Part shown: positions 1-12,471 of the stretch, in pieces
Layout: each line of letters opens with the position of its first letter
Numbering within the stretch: position 1 is the first letter of the stretch
Assembly (NCBI GenBank): GCA_051294375.1
Contig: CM119270.1
Coordinates: 5,974,027-6,038,026, forward strand
From: Paraspadella gotoi
Lineage: Eukaryota > Animalia > Chaetognatha
Direction of reading: 5' to 3'
Length of the DNA stretch: 64,000 bases
Notes under the pieces: generated by a model
What the model was told of the DNA's origin: nothing
Database searches by the model: none
The model's input: only the letters and a program-made list of their open reading frames with translations
Program-made: the position numbers and the translations under genes

Positions 1-134
1 AAGTAATAAAAATAAACCAAAAACTTATGAAATATATGTTTACAAAAAAAATAATTATTGCAAATGCTTATATTAATAACAATTTTTTTAATATCATGTA
101 AGAGCTAATAAATGAATGAGAGATAAATTTTATA

Positions 135-330
135 TAGGGAAGCCAGTTACTCTGGGAGTGAATAAACGAGACTGTGAGAGAGTTGATTGAAAGCTTGCAG
201 GGACCTGCTATGTCATTATCTTGTAAGAGTGATGGAGGCCTTAAACCACCAAAGCCTGTCCAAAGTCAGGGGCAAGATTGCTTATTTATTAAATGAATGG
301 ATAATTTTTATATTGGTTGTACCAATTTCA
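135..330. repeat. Interspersed repeat family A (~200 bp, shared end ...ttggttgtaccaatttcata)
   Basis: Recurs at ~54013-54206 (near full length) and as truncated copies at ~17162-17226, ~26841-26933 (rc), ~28304-28320 (rc), ~34899-34966 and ~42557-42622 (rc); all share the same end. Confidence 0.8.
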
Positions 331-510
331 TAAAACTTTATATCCATATTTATAAAAAAAAGCTATTTACTCTTTTAGTAGGGCCAAACTTTGTCAACGG
401 GGTGGGTCAAAAGTTTGATTTGGGAACCTTCAAGTTTAGCTTCAAACATTTCTGAGAAAACTTTCAATGGACCAAAATTTTCTAAAATGGCTAGAAGCAC
501 TAGTAATTAA

Positions 511-680
511 TTTTTAATTGTCTCAATCGCTTTGCGTTTGCGACGATTTTGCTGTAGTTTTGCACATAAGTGGCGGCGTCGTCGTCGTGTGTATGAAGTG
601 GGTGTATGGGTGTATGAAGCTGAAAATTTATATACAGCTTCTCATCATCGAGGTCCTTGAAATTGGGTGAGGACAGTTAT
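511..680. mobile_element. Possible HINE/DINE-like element fragment
   Basis: T-run start, short subterminal hairpin (tcgc...gcga), (gtc)n/(gtgtatg)n microsatellite and a ctgaaaatttat motif resembling the element at 24245; no clear 3' end. Confidence 0.3.
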
Positions 681-988
681 TAAATATGTTTTGTTTAGGT
701 TTTATCAAAACAAATTTCCTCTTTTTATTTTTATGTCTCCTTCTCTCTCTCTTTTTTCTTTTCAAGCCCTTCAAGCTTGCTAATCTATCAAGATTCGAGT
801 GATCATATAATCATAATGGGTAAAAATAGTTACCAAGTCAGTTTAAAGGTTGGACTTCTGACCTCTCATTATTTGGTCCGATAAAGAGTCAGCTCGCCTT
901 TACCGCTCACTCACTTCGGCCAATCACGACTCGCCGAGAAAATGGTAGCGATGAGACGCAATTCTCAACCTCTTCTCTAGACCCTGCG

Positions 989-1037
989 CGTGGAAGTATT
1001 CCATTGGCCAAACTAAATCGTGGAAGACTGCGATTGG
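989..1037 (-). promoter_or_regulatory. Two tandem ER-stress response elements (ERSE, CCAAT-N9-CCACG)
   Basis: 989-1007 cgtgg-aagtattcc-attgg and 1019-1037 cgtgg-aagactgcg-attgg are exact reverse-complement ERSE matches ~400-450 bp upstream of the calreticulin ATG. Further CCAAT boxes at 920, 1079 and 1111; GC box at 1191-1200. Confidence 0.85.
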
Positions 1038-1442
1038 TCGGTCCAAGAATATAATTGTATTCTTCGTCGAAATTTGGACCAATCCGCGCACGAATCAGTT
1101 GTAGATTCAACCAATCGACGTTTTACAACTGGCAATGGCTTCGATTTTACCAGTTTTTAACTTCATGTAGTAAGGATGTCGGCCCATTCTGGGGCGGGCC
1201 GCTTTCTCATTGACACTTTGCGCAGTGACGGACGAATCGACGCCGTCTTTGTTTATATGTAAATATAAACACATACATATACATACGGCATTCCATGTTT
1301 ACTTATATGCTCGACGCTTTGTCCAACCGGCTAACCCTTTCCCACGTTTTTCTCCCCTCCAGATAATATTCCGACGATTCAATTTTATTCGTTGGCGTAC
1401 GTTTTAGACAACTTTTTAAACAATTTTTAAGTATTTTTAAAA

Positions 1443-4411
1443 ATGGAGATGTTGTGGGTCGTCTCGTTTCTCATGTGCCTTTGGGCGGCAGAGTCGACGG
1501 TCTATTTCAAGGAACAGTTCGACGACGGAGGTGAGTGTCGAAAAAGAAAAAAACCCATGAGCCGTAAGTTGATCCCTCATCTTTTCATTGCAGACGGATA
1601 TTTGTCTCGGTGGGTCTCGTCGACGAGCAAAGGCGGCGACCAAGGCAAGTTCGTCATCTCGTCGGGAAAGTTCTATGGCGACGTTGAGAAGGACAAGGGT
1701 GAGTTCTAAGAGTTACTGCTCAAAGGGAAGGTGCCTTGTTTTAATAACATTCTTTGTACCGTTTGATGCCTAGAAATATTTTTTTTTTCTTGGAATTTAT
1801 TGGCATTTTTCGGCGCCCCAGTTAATCTAAATGTTAATATTTTTCTCGTTTGGTCATTTCAGGCCTTCAAACGTCTCAAGACGCCAGATTCTATGGCATC
1901 TCGGCCAAATTCGATTCCTTCAGCAACGAAGGCAAATCTTTGGTCATTCAGTTTTCGGGTGAGTTTTTGATGTACGAAGAAACAAAATTGAAAAAAAGCT
2001 ATCTTGAAGGGACTTACCTCGACTTAATAATTTTCTGGCCCTGATAAGTTTCCTCAATCCTTCCATTCCATCATTTCCTAGTTTAAGAACTTAATTGATT
2101 TATTTCCTTAATTGTATAACTAAATTTTTTAAAACTACCCTTCACTAAGCTCTCGCTCATGCTATTCTACCTCCACCGTTAGCAAATAAAATCTCCCCCG
2201 CGACTTTCCCCCAATTTTCCCTCTTTTCTCCCCTCCTTTCTCCCCCCGTTCCTCCCTCCAGTCAAGCACGAGCAGAACATCGACTGCGGCGGCGGCTACG
2301 TCAAGGTCTTCCCCTCTACTCTCGACCAGACGGGGATGCACGGGGACTCTCCCTACCACATCATGTTCGGCCCTGACATCTGCGGTTCGGGAACGAAGAA
2401 GGTCCACGTCATCTTCACCCACGCGGGGAAGAATCACCTCATCAAGAAAGAGATCCGCTGCAAGGTAAGTTTTTATGGGGTGAAGTTGTGGGGTTTTCCA
2501 TTTTTAGTCTTCTTGGCGGGCTGGCCGATGAATTTCTTAAGCCAAATATGTATATCGTTAGAATTTTTTTTTTTTTTTTTTTCTGAAATAAAAGAGACAA
2601 TTTGACAATTAAGACAATAAGAAGATTAAACGATTTGAAACAATATGACATTTAAACAATAAATGAGAAGATTAAAAATTAAAAATATTAAAAATATTAA
2701 AAATATTAAAAATATTAAAAATATTTCGTTCCCTTGAATCAATCGCCGCTTACATTTTTCTCCCCCAGGACGACGAATTTACTCATCTGTACACTCTTAT
2801 CGTGAAACCGGACAACACTTACGAAGTCAAAATCGATAATTCTAAGGTGAGCCGCTGAGGAAATGCTAATAAAACTGAAATTAAAACCAAAAAAAATATA
2901 AAAGGCGCGGGTTCAGTATTTTGTTTAATTTTAATATTATCCTCGTTAACTTTCGTTTCCCATATGTTGCTCATTTTAGTGAAGCTTTTTCCAATTTTTT
3001 TCACCCTTTCCTCCTCCCCCTCCCAAAGGTGGAGAGCGGTTCCCTGGAGGAAGACTGGGACATCCTCCCCCCGCGCGAGATTCTCGACCCCGACGCGAAG
3101 AAACCCGAGGACTGGGACGATAACGAGTCCATCCCCGACCCCACCGACGAGAAGCCCGAAGACTGGGACAAGCCCGAGCACATCCCCGATCCCGAGGCCA
3201 AGAAGCCCGAGGACTGGGACGACGAGATGGACGGCGAATGGGAGGCCGCTATGATCGATAACCCAGAATATAAGGTGAGTTGGGAAAGTCTGAAAGATGA
3301 TTACATGGATGCAATTGATTTCGGGATGGTGCGGGAGATAGTCTTGTTTCTCTAAATATTAAGAAAGAGAAACATTGATATTTTAAAGAATAATGATAGG
3401 AGAAGGCTTTGTTTATTGTTGATAGTTCAAAGAAACGCGCTGAAATAAAACAAAAAAATCTAATCCAAAACATAAAGCCGCTCTTTGAATTCAAACATAT
3501 TAAATATTTTAATGAACTGAGCCAAGTTGAACCTCGTGACTTTTATAAATTCTGAAAGAAAAAAAATTTTCACCTTTAATCTCTTTCCATCTCAAAATAT
3601 GATTTCTCTCTCCATAGGGCGAGTGGAAGCCGAAGCAGATTCCCAACCCTGCCTACAAAGGCAAGTGGGTCCACCCCAAAATCCCCAACCCCGATTTCCA
3701 TGAAGAACCTCACCTTTACCGCTACACGGACATCGGGGCGTTGGGTTTTGATCTCTGGCAGGTGAGTTCGTCCCGAAGTTTCATGTTTTTGTTATAAGTA
3801 CAATGTTGTTTTTATGAATAGCAGTGCGCTCCAAGCAATGTGGCGAGGCCTTGTATTTTTAAATAGGCGAATGATTTCTACCAATCGTTTTCTTTTCCTT
3901 TTTTTCCTCGCCGCCGATCTCCTACCCCCATCTATCTTCCCTTTCCTATTCCCTCGCCTCTCTCTTTCTACTCATCTTTTCTCTCCATTTCCTCTCCCCT
4001 TACGTTTCCCTCCCCTCTTTATTCATATTTTCTATTCCTTATTCCAGGTGAAATCCGGCACAATCTTCGACAACATCTTTATCGGCGACGATCCGGCGGA
4101 AGCCGAGGCTTTCGCCAAGGAGACTTTCGAAGTGACCAAGGTAAATAGCTCCCTGTCACTTGATTTCACTTTCATGTCTCACCTTTTCTCAAAATCCTTC
4201 ACATCAGGACCCGGAAAAGAAGATGAAGGAAGCCGAGGACGCCAAGGAGAGGGCGAAGGAGGAGGCGGAGAAGAAAGAGGAAGAAGACGAAGTCGACGAG
4301 GAAGACGACGACGACAAGGATGCCGAGAAAGAGGACGAGGACGAAAAGGAGGAAGCGGAGGAAGAGAAGGCGGAGGAGGAAACGACGAAGTCGGATCACA
4401 TCGAATTGTGA
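1443..4411 (+). CDS. CALR: Calreticulin, 9 exons
   Basis: Exons 1443-1530, 1594-1698, 1863-1958, 2262-2464, 2769-2846, 3029-3274, 3618-3761, 4048-4140, 4208-4411, all GT-AG and phase-compatible. Signal peptide, [24 protein letters not shown]-domain KPEDWD repeats, acidic tail, C-terminal ER-retention variant HIEL. Confidence 0.98.
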
Positions 4412-6748
4412 AGTGGGATTCGCTGGTCGGCGGAAAACGTGAAACCTCCTTGTGGTGGAACGAACAAGTCATTCCTTACACGCTCCTTTCTTCGCTGTGA
4501 AACGTCTCCCAAAAAAAAACTCGTTATTCGAAGACGATTTAGCGAAGAAAACGTCTCGCTCTCTCTCCCCTTCCCTCCCATCCCCTTCACCATCGATTTC
4601 TCTCGCGATCGTAGGCTACGTTCATTGTATTAATTATTACATTTGTTCTCTCTCGCCGCGGTCGTCCCATCTTTCGCCCCCTTTTCCTTGGCTTCGCATC
4701 TTCTTGATTTCATTTTTTTAAACTTTGCGTCTTTTCATATTAATTTTTATTATGTATTAGTCGGTCATTTAAGTCATATTTCCAGTTTTTTTTTTCTTAG
4801 TAAAATCCGATTTTTATCTCTAGGTTTTTTTCAGTGATTGTTCTTTCGTGAAATCGAAATAAAAACAAAAATGAACATGACAAATCTTTTTTTTAATTTA
4901 ATGAATGTAATTTTTGAGACTAACGTTTGAATTGAAAGGCTGCAGAGTAAATTTGCTAACATGAACGTTCGTAACATTTTAGGAAGGTTTAGCAGAAAAT
5001 CTGGCAGTTCTGCGATAATCACAATAGGTTACGATAGTATTAAAAAGTCGCGTATGATTTTAATTATACGGATTAAAGCAAACGAAAAAAACGCAAAGCG
5101 GTGTACAAACGCGCTTCCTCGCAAGTTCTATAGAAACGAGGATAATGGTAAACAAGTAAAGTTCCCAGAAAAAGCTGTCATATAGTTAATTATAAAATTA
5201 TCAACCTTAACAAATATAGGATTCCTCTTTCTTTTCCTGATGACAATAAAATTAACTTAGGGATTTGTATTGTTTAAGCTCGTTTAAACTTTGTTAAATG
5301 ATCCTGGCAAGATGACTGTAATCTAGTGAAAATCGAAAATCAATCAATAAAACATGAAACGTGTGAAATTTTGTTCTTTTATTGAGTAATTTTTCAAATA
5401 AGAATTTAACCTTTTGATTTGATTTACTAAAAAACAATAATAAGGACCCTTGCACAGGTTCTGGAGCGTGATAGATGGAGAAGAAACTCAGAAAACGCAA
5501 AACCTTTGCGTGGGCTCTTTAAAACGGCATTCTTTAAAAGCTCCGATTTTTTTTTATTTCTCCAACTCTTATTGGTCGAAAAAGAGTTATGAGTGAGAGA
5601 GGAGAAAAAGAGAGAGGGAACGCACCAACCCTCTCTCACTCTCTCGATCCAATATTTGTCTGCCTGGGTAGTTTTTTTTTCAAAAGGTTTTTTTCTTCTG
5701 TTGATTTTATTTTCGCGAATTGAATCACGTTGAGATTCGCGATTCAAGAAAAGTTGCGCCTCGTTTTTTTCCCCCTTTTGAATAATGTTTGGTCAAAAAA
5801 AAAAAAAGAAAAAATGGGATGAAGTGATGTGAAAAAAAGTCAGGCAAATGTTTATTTTTTACTCCGTTCGAATCGCGAAGTTTGGAATTTTTTTTTTCTG
5901 AAACTTTACCTTCGAAGCTTTAATGAATAAAAATAGCAACTGTGAATACGAAACGAAAACAAATAAATACGACAAAAGCCACAAAAGCAAAAATTCTGAA
6001 GCGTTTAGGTAGCCAAAGTTTGTAACTTCCTTTTTTTACTGGTGTGTGTGAGCTTGTCTTTGCCGACATAGTTTGCGTCTAAACCATCAATTACTAACTC
6101 AAAACTAAATGTAATAAGCCGATAATCGTCGAATTCTATTTAAAGATAATAAAGATAAAAATTTTGATATTTACCATAAATTTCAAGTAAAACAAAATCA
6201 TAAACTAGAAACTTTTCAAGAAATATTTATTCCCGTTTTATAACTAATTTTCCGTCTATAAATGCGTCTCCATCTACATAAAGTAACCTTTTACATTGTA
6301 TAAACATCCGATTTTTTTCCTCTTTGTAGCGAAAAAAGGGGAAAAAAGTGAAGAAAACTTAACCGAATCTCACGGACTTCGTCGGACCTGGACCGAATCT
6401 GAGACTCAGATTTCGGATTTTTCTCTTTCTGTTTTGTTTTGCTTTTTTTACGCGGAGCCGAAATTACGGAAATATAAACAAACCTTTGTATCTTTTTTTT
6501 TATTTTGCAGAGAGATTACTATTTACGACCACTATTTATAAGTTAACGATATTTAATTACCCAAAAATCGTTATTAACTAATAAATTGGATGACATCCAA
6601 TGAAGTCGAATGAAAATCTTAGGTTTTCATTTCTAATACTTTGAATTGGGGTCAAGAGGGAATGAAATCAAAACCATTTGATATTAAATAATAACGAAAA
6701 AGACATTTATTTATATGATTATAGTAGTTCTTAATTTTTTTTTTCAAA

Positions 6749-6812
<64 letters not shown>

Positions 6813-6923
6813 TAGAGATTGCAACAGAGTAAACGCAAGAGAGAGAGAAAGACAGAGAGAGAGAGATAGAGATTGCAACAGAGTAAACGAGAGAGAAAGT
6901 CAGAGAGACGACAGAGAGAGAGA

Positions 6924-6954
<31 letters not shown>

Positions 6955-9900
6955 CGAAAGGCAGCGATTTGAAGAGAAAGAGATTGTAATGAATTCCAAA
7001 TTCAGAGAAAATCTATTTAACAAAGTATTAGAAATGAAAACCTAAGATTTTCATTCGACTTCATTGGATGTCATCCAATTTATTAGTTAATAACGATTTT
7101 GGGTAATTATTTAAATATCGTCAACTTATAAATAGTGGTCGTAAATAGTAATCTCTCTGCAAAAAAAAAAAGATACAAAGGTTTGTTTATATTTCCGTAA
7201 TTTCGGCTCCGCGTAAAAAAAGCAAAACAAAACAGAAAGAGAAAAATCCGAAATCTGAGTCTCAGATTCGGTCCAGGTCCGACGAAGTCCGTGAGATTCG
7301 GTTAAGTTTTTCTTCACTTTTTTCCCCTTTTTTCGCTACAAAGAGGAAAAAAATCGGATGTTTATACAATGTAAAAGGTTACTTTATGTAGATTGGAGAC
7401 GCATTTATAGACGGAAAATTAGTTATAAAACAGGAATAAATATTTTTTGAAAAGTCTCTAGTTTATGTTTTTGTTTTACTTGAAATTTATGGTAAATATC
7501 AAAATTTTATCTTTATTATCTTTAAATAGAATTCGACGATTATCGGCTTATTACATTTAGTTTTGAGTTAGTAATCGATGTTTTAGACGCAAACTATGTC
7601 GGCAAAGACAAGCTCACACACACCAGTAAAAAAAGGAAGTTACAAACTTTGGCTACCAACGCTTCAGATTTTTGCTTTGTTGGCTTTTTGTCGTATTTAT
7701 TTTGTTTTCGTTTCGTATTCACAGTTTGCTATTTTTATTCATTAAAGCTTCGAAGGTAAAGTTTCAGAAAAAAAAAAATTCCAAACTTCGCGATTCGAAC
7801 GGAGTAAAAAATAAACATTTGCCTGACTTTTTTTCACATACTTCATCCCATTTTTTTCTTTTTTTTTTTCTTGACCAAACATTCATTCAAAAGGGGGAAA
7901 AAAACGAGGCGCAACTTTTCTTGAATCGCGAATCTCAACGTGATTCAATTCGCGAAAATAAAATCAACAGAGAAAAAAACCTTTTGAAAAAAAAACTACC
8001 CAGGCAGACAAATATTGGATCGAGAGAGTGAGAGAGGGTTGGTGCGTTCCCTCTCTCTTTTCTCCTCTCTCACTCATAACTCTTTTTCGACCAATAAGAG
8101 TTGGAGAAATAAAAAAAAATCGGAGCTTTTAAAGAATGCCGTTTTAAAGAGCCCACGCAAAGGTTTTGCGTTTTCTGAGTTTCTTCTCCATCTATCACGC
8201 TCCAGAACCTGTGCAAGGGTCCTTATTATTGTTTTTTAGTAAATCAAATCAAAGGTTAAAATTCTTATTTGAAAAATATACTCAATAAAAGAACAAAATT
8301 TCACGTTTCATGTTTTATTGATCGATTTTCGATTTTCACTAGAGATTAGTCATCTTGCAGGATCATTTAACAAAGTTTAAACGAGCTTAAACAATACAAA
8401 TCCCTAAGAAGTAAATTTTATTGTCATCAGGCAAAGAAACGAGAGGAATCCTATATTTGTAAAGGTTGATAATTTTATAATTAACTATATGACAGCTTTT
8501 TCTGGAGAACACTTGTTTAGCATTATCCTCGTTTCTATAGAACTTGCGAGGAAGCGCGTTTGTACACCGCTTTGCGTTTTTTTCGTTTGCTTTAATCCGT
8601 ATAATTAAAATCATACGCGACTTTTTAATACTATCGTAACCTATTGTGATTATCGCAGAACTGCCTGATTTTCTGCTAAACTTTCCTAAAATGTTACGAA
8701 CGTTCATGTTAGCAAATTTACTCTGCAGCCTTTCAATTCAAACGTTAGTCTCAAAAACTACATTCATTAAATTAAAAAAAAAAGATTTGTCATGTTCATT
8801 TTTGTTTTTATTTCGATTTCACGAAAGAACAATCACTGAAAAAAACCTAGAGATAAAAATCGGATTTTACTAAGAAAAAAAAACTGGAAATATGACTTAA
8901 ATGACCGACTAATACATAATAAAAATTAATATGAAAAGACGCAAAGTTTAAAAAAAATGAAATCAAGAAGATGCGAAGCCAAGGAAAAGGGGGCGAAAGA
9001 TGGACGACCGCGGCGAGAGAGAACAAATGTAATAATTAATACAATGAACGTAGCCGACGATCGCGAGAGAAATTGATGGTGAAGGGGATGGGAGGGAAGG
9101 GGAGAGAGAGCGAGACGTTTTCTTCGCCAAATCGTCTTCGAATAACGAGTTTTTTTTTTTGGGAGACGTTTCACAGCGAAGAAAGGAGCGTGTAAGGAAT
9201 GACTTGTTCGTTCCACCACAAGGAGGTTTCGCGTTTTCCGCCGACCAGCGAATCCCACTTCACAATTCGATGTGATCCGACTTCGTAGTCTCCTCCTCCG
9301 CCTTCTCTTCCTCCGCTTCCTCCTTTTCGTCCTCGTCCTCTTTCTCGGCATCCTTGTCGTCGTCGTCTTCCTCGTCGACTTCGTCTTCTTCCTCTTTCTT
9401 CTCCGCCTCCTCCTTCGCCCTCTCCTTGGCGTCCTCGGCTTCCTTCATCTTCTTTTCCGGGTCCTGATGTGAAGGATTTTGAGAAAAGGTGAGACAAGAA
9501 AATGAAAGTGAAATAAAGTGACAGGGAGCTATTTACCTTGGTCACTTCGAAAGTCTCCTTGGCGAAAGCCTCGGCTTCCGCCGGATCGTCGCCGATGAAG
9601 ATGTTGTCGAAGATTGTGCCGGATTTCACCTGGAATAAGGAATAGAAAATATAAATAAAGAGGGAAACGTAAGGCCCTTACTAAGGGAGAGGAAATGGAG
9701 AGAAAAGATGAGTAGAAAGAGAGAGGCGAGGGAATAGGAAAGGGAAGATAGATGGGGAAGGAGATCGGCGGGGAGGAAAAAAGGAAAAGAAAATGATTGG
9801 TAGAAATCATTCGTCTATTTAAAAATACAAGGCCTCGCCACATTGCTTGGAGCGCATAAAAAAAAACAACATTGTACTTATAACAAAAACATGAAACTTC

Positions 9901-10947
9901 GGACGAACTCACCTGCCAGAGATCAAAACCCAACGCCCCGATGTCCGTGTAGCGGTAAAGGTGAGGTTCTTCATGGAAATCGGGGTTGGGGATTTTGGGG
10001 TGGACCCACTTGCCTTTGTAGGCAGGGTTGGGAATCTGCTTCGGCTTCCACTCGCCCTATGGAGAGAGAAATCATATTTTGAGATGGAAAGAGATTAAAG
10101 GTGAAAATTTTTTTATTTCAGAATTTATAAAAGTCACGAGGTTCAACTTGGCTCAGTTCATTAAACTATTTTAATATGTTTGAATTCAAAGAGCGGCTTT
10201 ATGTTTGGATTTGATTTTTTTGTTTTATTTCAGCGCGTTTCTTTGAACTATCAACAATAAACAAAGCCTTCTCCTATCATTATTCTTTAAAATATCAATG
10301 TTTCTCTTTCTTAATATCTAGAGAAACAAGACTATCTCCCGCACCATCCCGAAACCAATTGCATCCATGTAATCATCTTTCAGACTTTCCCAACTCACCT
10401 TATATTCTGGGTTATCGATCATAGCGGCCTCCCATTCGCCGTCCATCTCGTCGTCCCAGTCCTTCGGGCTTCTTGGCCTCGGATCGGGATGTGCTCGGGC
10501 TTGTCCCAGTCTTCGGGCTTCTCGTCGGTGGGGTCGGGGATGGACTCGTTATCGTCCCAGTCCTCGGGTTTCTTCGCGTCGGGGTCGAGAATCTCGCGCG
10601 GGGGAGGATGTCCCAGTCTTCCTCCAGGGAACCGCTCTCCACCTTTGGGAGGGGGAGGGAAAGGGTGAAAAAAATTGGAAAAAGCTTCACTAAAATGAGC
10701 AACATATGGGAAACGAAAGTTAACGAGGATAATATTAAAATTAAACAAAATACTGAACCGCGCCTTTTATATTTTTTTGGGTTTTTATTTCAGTTTATTA
10801 GCATTTCCTCATTTGCTCACCTTAGAATTATCGATTTTGACTTCGTAAGTGTTGTTCCGGTTTCACGATAAGAGTGTACAGATGAGTAAATTCGTCGTCC
10901 TGGGGAGAAAAATGTAAGCGGCGATTGATTCAAGGGAACGAAATATT
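2719..10947. repeat. Large inverted duplication: ~3.9-kb arms (2719-6643 and 7021-10947) with a 377-bp (GA)-rich spacer
   Basis: 7021 caaagtattagaaatgaaaacc is the reverse complement of the sequence ending at 6643. The mirror continues through CALR exons 5-9 to just before the 25-N gap; many ORF-track entries are mirrored. Confidence 0.95.
9260..10899 (-). CDS. CALR: Partial second calreticulin copy (exons 5-9), truncated at an assembly gap
   Basis: Same exons on the minus strand ending SDHIEL*. Synonymous differences from copy 1 in exons 8-9; indel frameshifts in the exon-6 copy nearer the gap. Confidence 0.8.
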
Positions 10948-10980
10948 ATCTCTTTNNNNNNNNNNNNNNNNNNNNNNNNN
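10948..10980. other. Possible adapter remnant (atctcttt) followed by a 25-N gap
   Basis: 25 Ns at 10956-10980; the preceding 8 nt no longer mirror the left arm and resemble the start of the PacBio SMRTbell adapter (atctctctctttt...). Confidence 0.55.
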
Positions 10981-11477
10981 ATTCGGAAATCCAGGCCGGA
11001 TCTTACAATGAATTGTAAGTGAAGCCAAATTTCAAGGGGGTCTCGTAATTGGTTTTCGAAAACCAATTTTTTTATCGCCATTTAATTCTTTTTTTTTTAT
11101 TAGAATGAGCGAACTGTGAAAAAAGGCTTGTATTTATTTGGAAATTGGATACTGTAAAAAATAATTAAACTCTGAATGATGTGTAAAAGACAAGGTAGCA
11201 TTCGTAGCATCAATAGTTGCTTTTAAATATTTAAATACAAAATACAATTAAATAAGTTTTTCACAATTTTGATCGGTAACAAAAGAAATGGGAATGGAAC
11301 ATACATACAGCTAAATCAGGAGAGCGTACATTAAATTGTTATAAATCAATGCAAAAAAGCCATTTTTTTATTGATTTATCAATCATTATTGATTCGATTT
11401 TCACCAGATGTTTACTTTGGAAATAAAAAAAATGAATGGAGTTCAGAACCAATAAATGAATAATATTTTCGGGACAC

Positions 11478-11531
<54 letters not shown>

Positions 11532-12017
11532 GCTCTTTATCTGGCCGTATTATTGTTAACACTCCCTCTAACTTCCTTGACTTTTTGCTCCCTAGAGACT
11601 TTTGCGGGACTGATGAAAGAATAACGAAAGTCTACTCCAGAAGTATTTCGCTTCATTACTGAATAAATTAATTGAGTTGGAATTAGGTTGGGAGTTCTAC
11701 TTGGGTGTCGTCTATTTTCGTAACTGTATAAAAGTTTTAAAACGTATATCAATTGTACCAATTATTATTCCTAGGGTATCCGTTAAAAAAAATGACGACT
11801 AAAACCAAACGCGAACCAAAAACGTTAAAAAGCAAAAAGAGCAAAAGAGGAAACAAAGATAAAATAAGAAGAGGAACCACGCAACCGATCACAAACGGAG
11901 CGTTGTAAAAACCAAATAACAAATTTGACAAAAAATTATCGAATCAACCGTAAAAAAAAAAATGAAACTAAACTGAAGCGAGATAAAACTAAAAAAAAAA
12001 CACAAAATCTAAAAACA

Positions 12018-12394
12018 ATGTCTTCCTTCGAAGAGAAGGTCGTGACACGAATCTCGGTCAGGGAAGGTCACAGGGCCGCCCGACAGGCTCACCTCGACCC
12101 CCTCAACGACCCCAACCCTATTCAACCCCCCAACCCGCTCCTCAAACGCCTTCGCGAAGACTTCGTCCTTTTCCTCCTCCGTCGCGGCGTCGACGTCGAC
12201 CGATCCACGCTCGCCGCCGCCCCGCTTTTCGCCGCCAAACTCGACGCCGCCGACTTTGGCGGGGCTGGCGGCGGCGACGAAGTAGCGGGTGGCGACGCCG
12301 CAGAATTCGGGTCGGCGTCGGCGATGATGAGAAGATTGGAGGAAACGGACGAGACGTTTCGGCAATTTATGAGGGAGAGGAGGGAAAAACCGGA

Positions 12395-12471
<77 letters not shown>

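Noticed and set aside
6652-7023. ORFs rich in RERERE / LSLSLS (also at 11456, 31850, 44426)
   Set aside because: Translations of (GA)n microsatellites.
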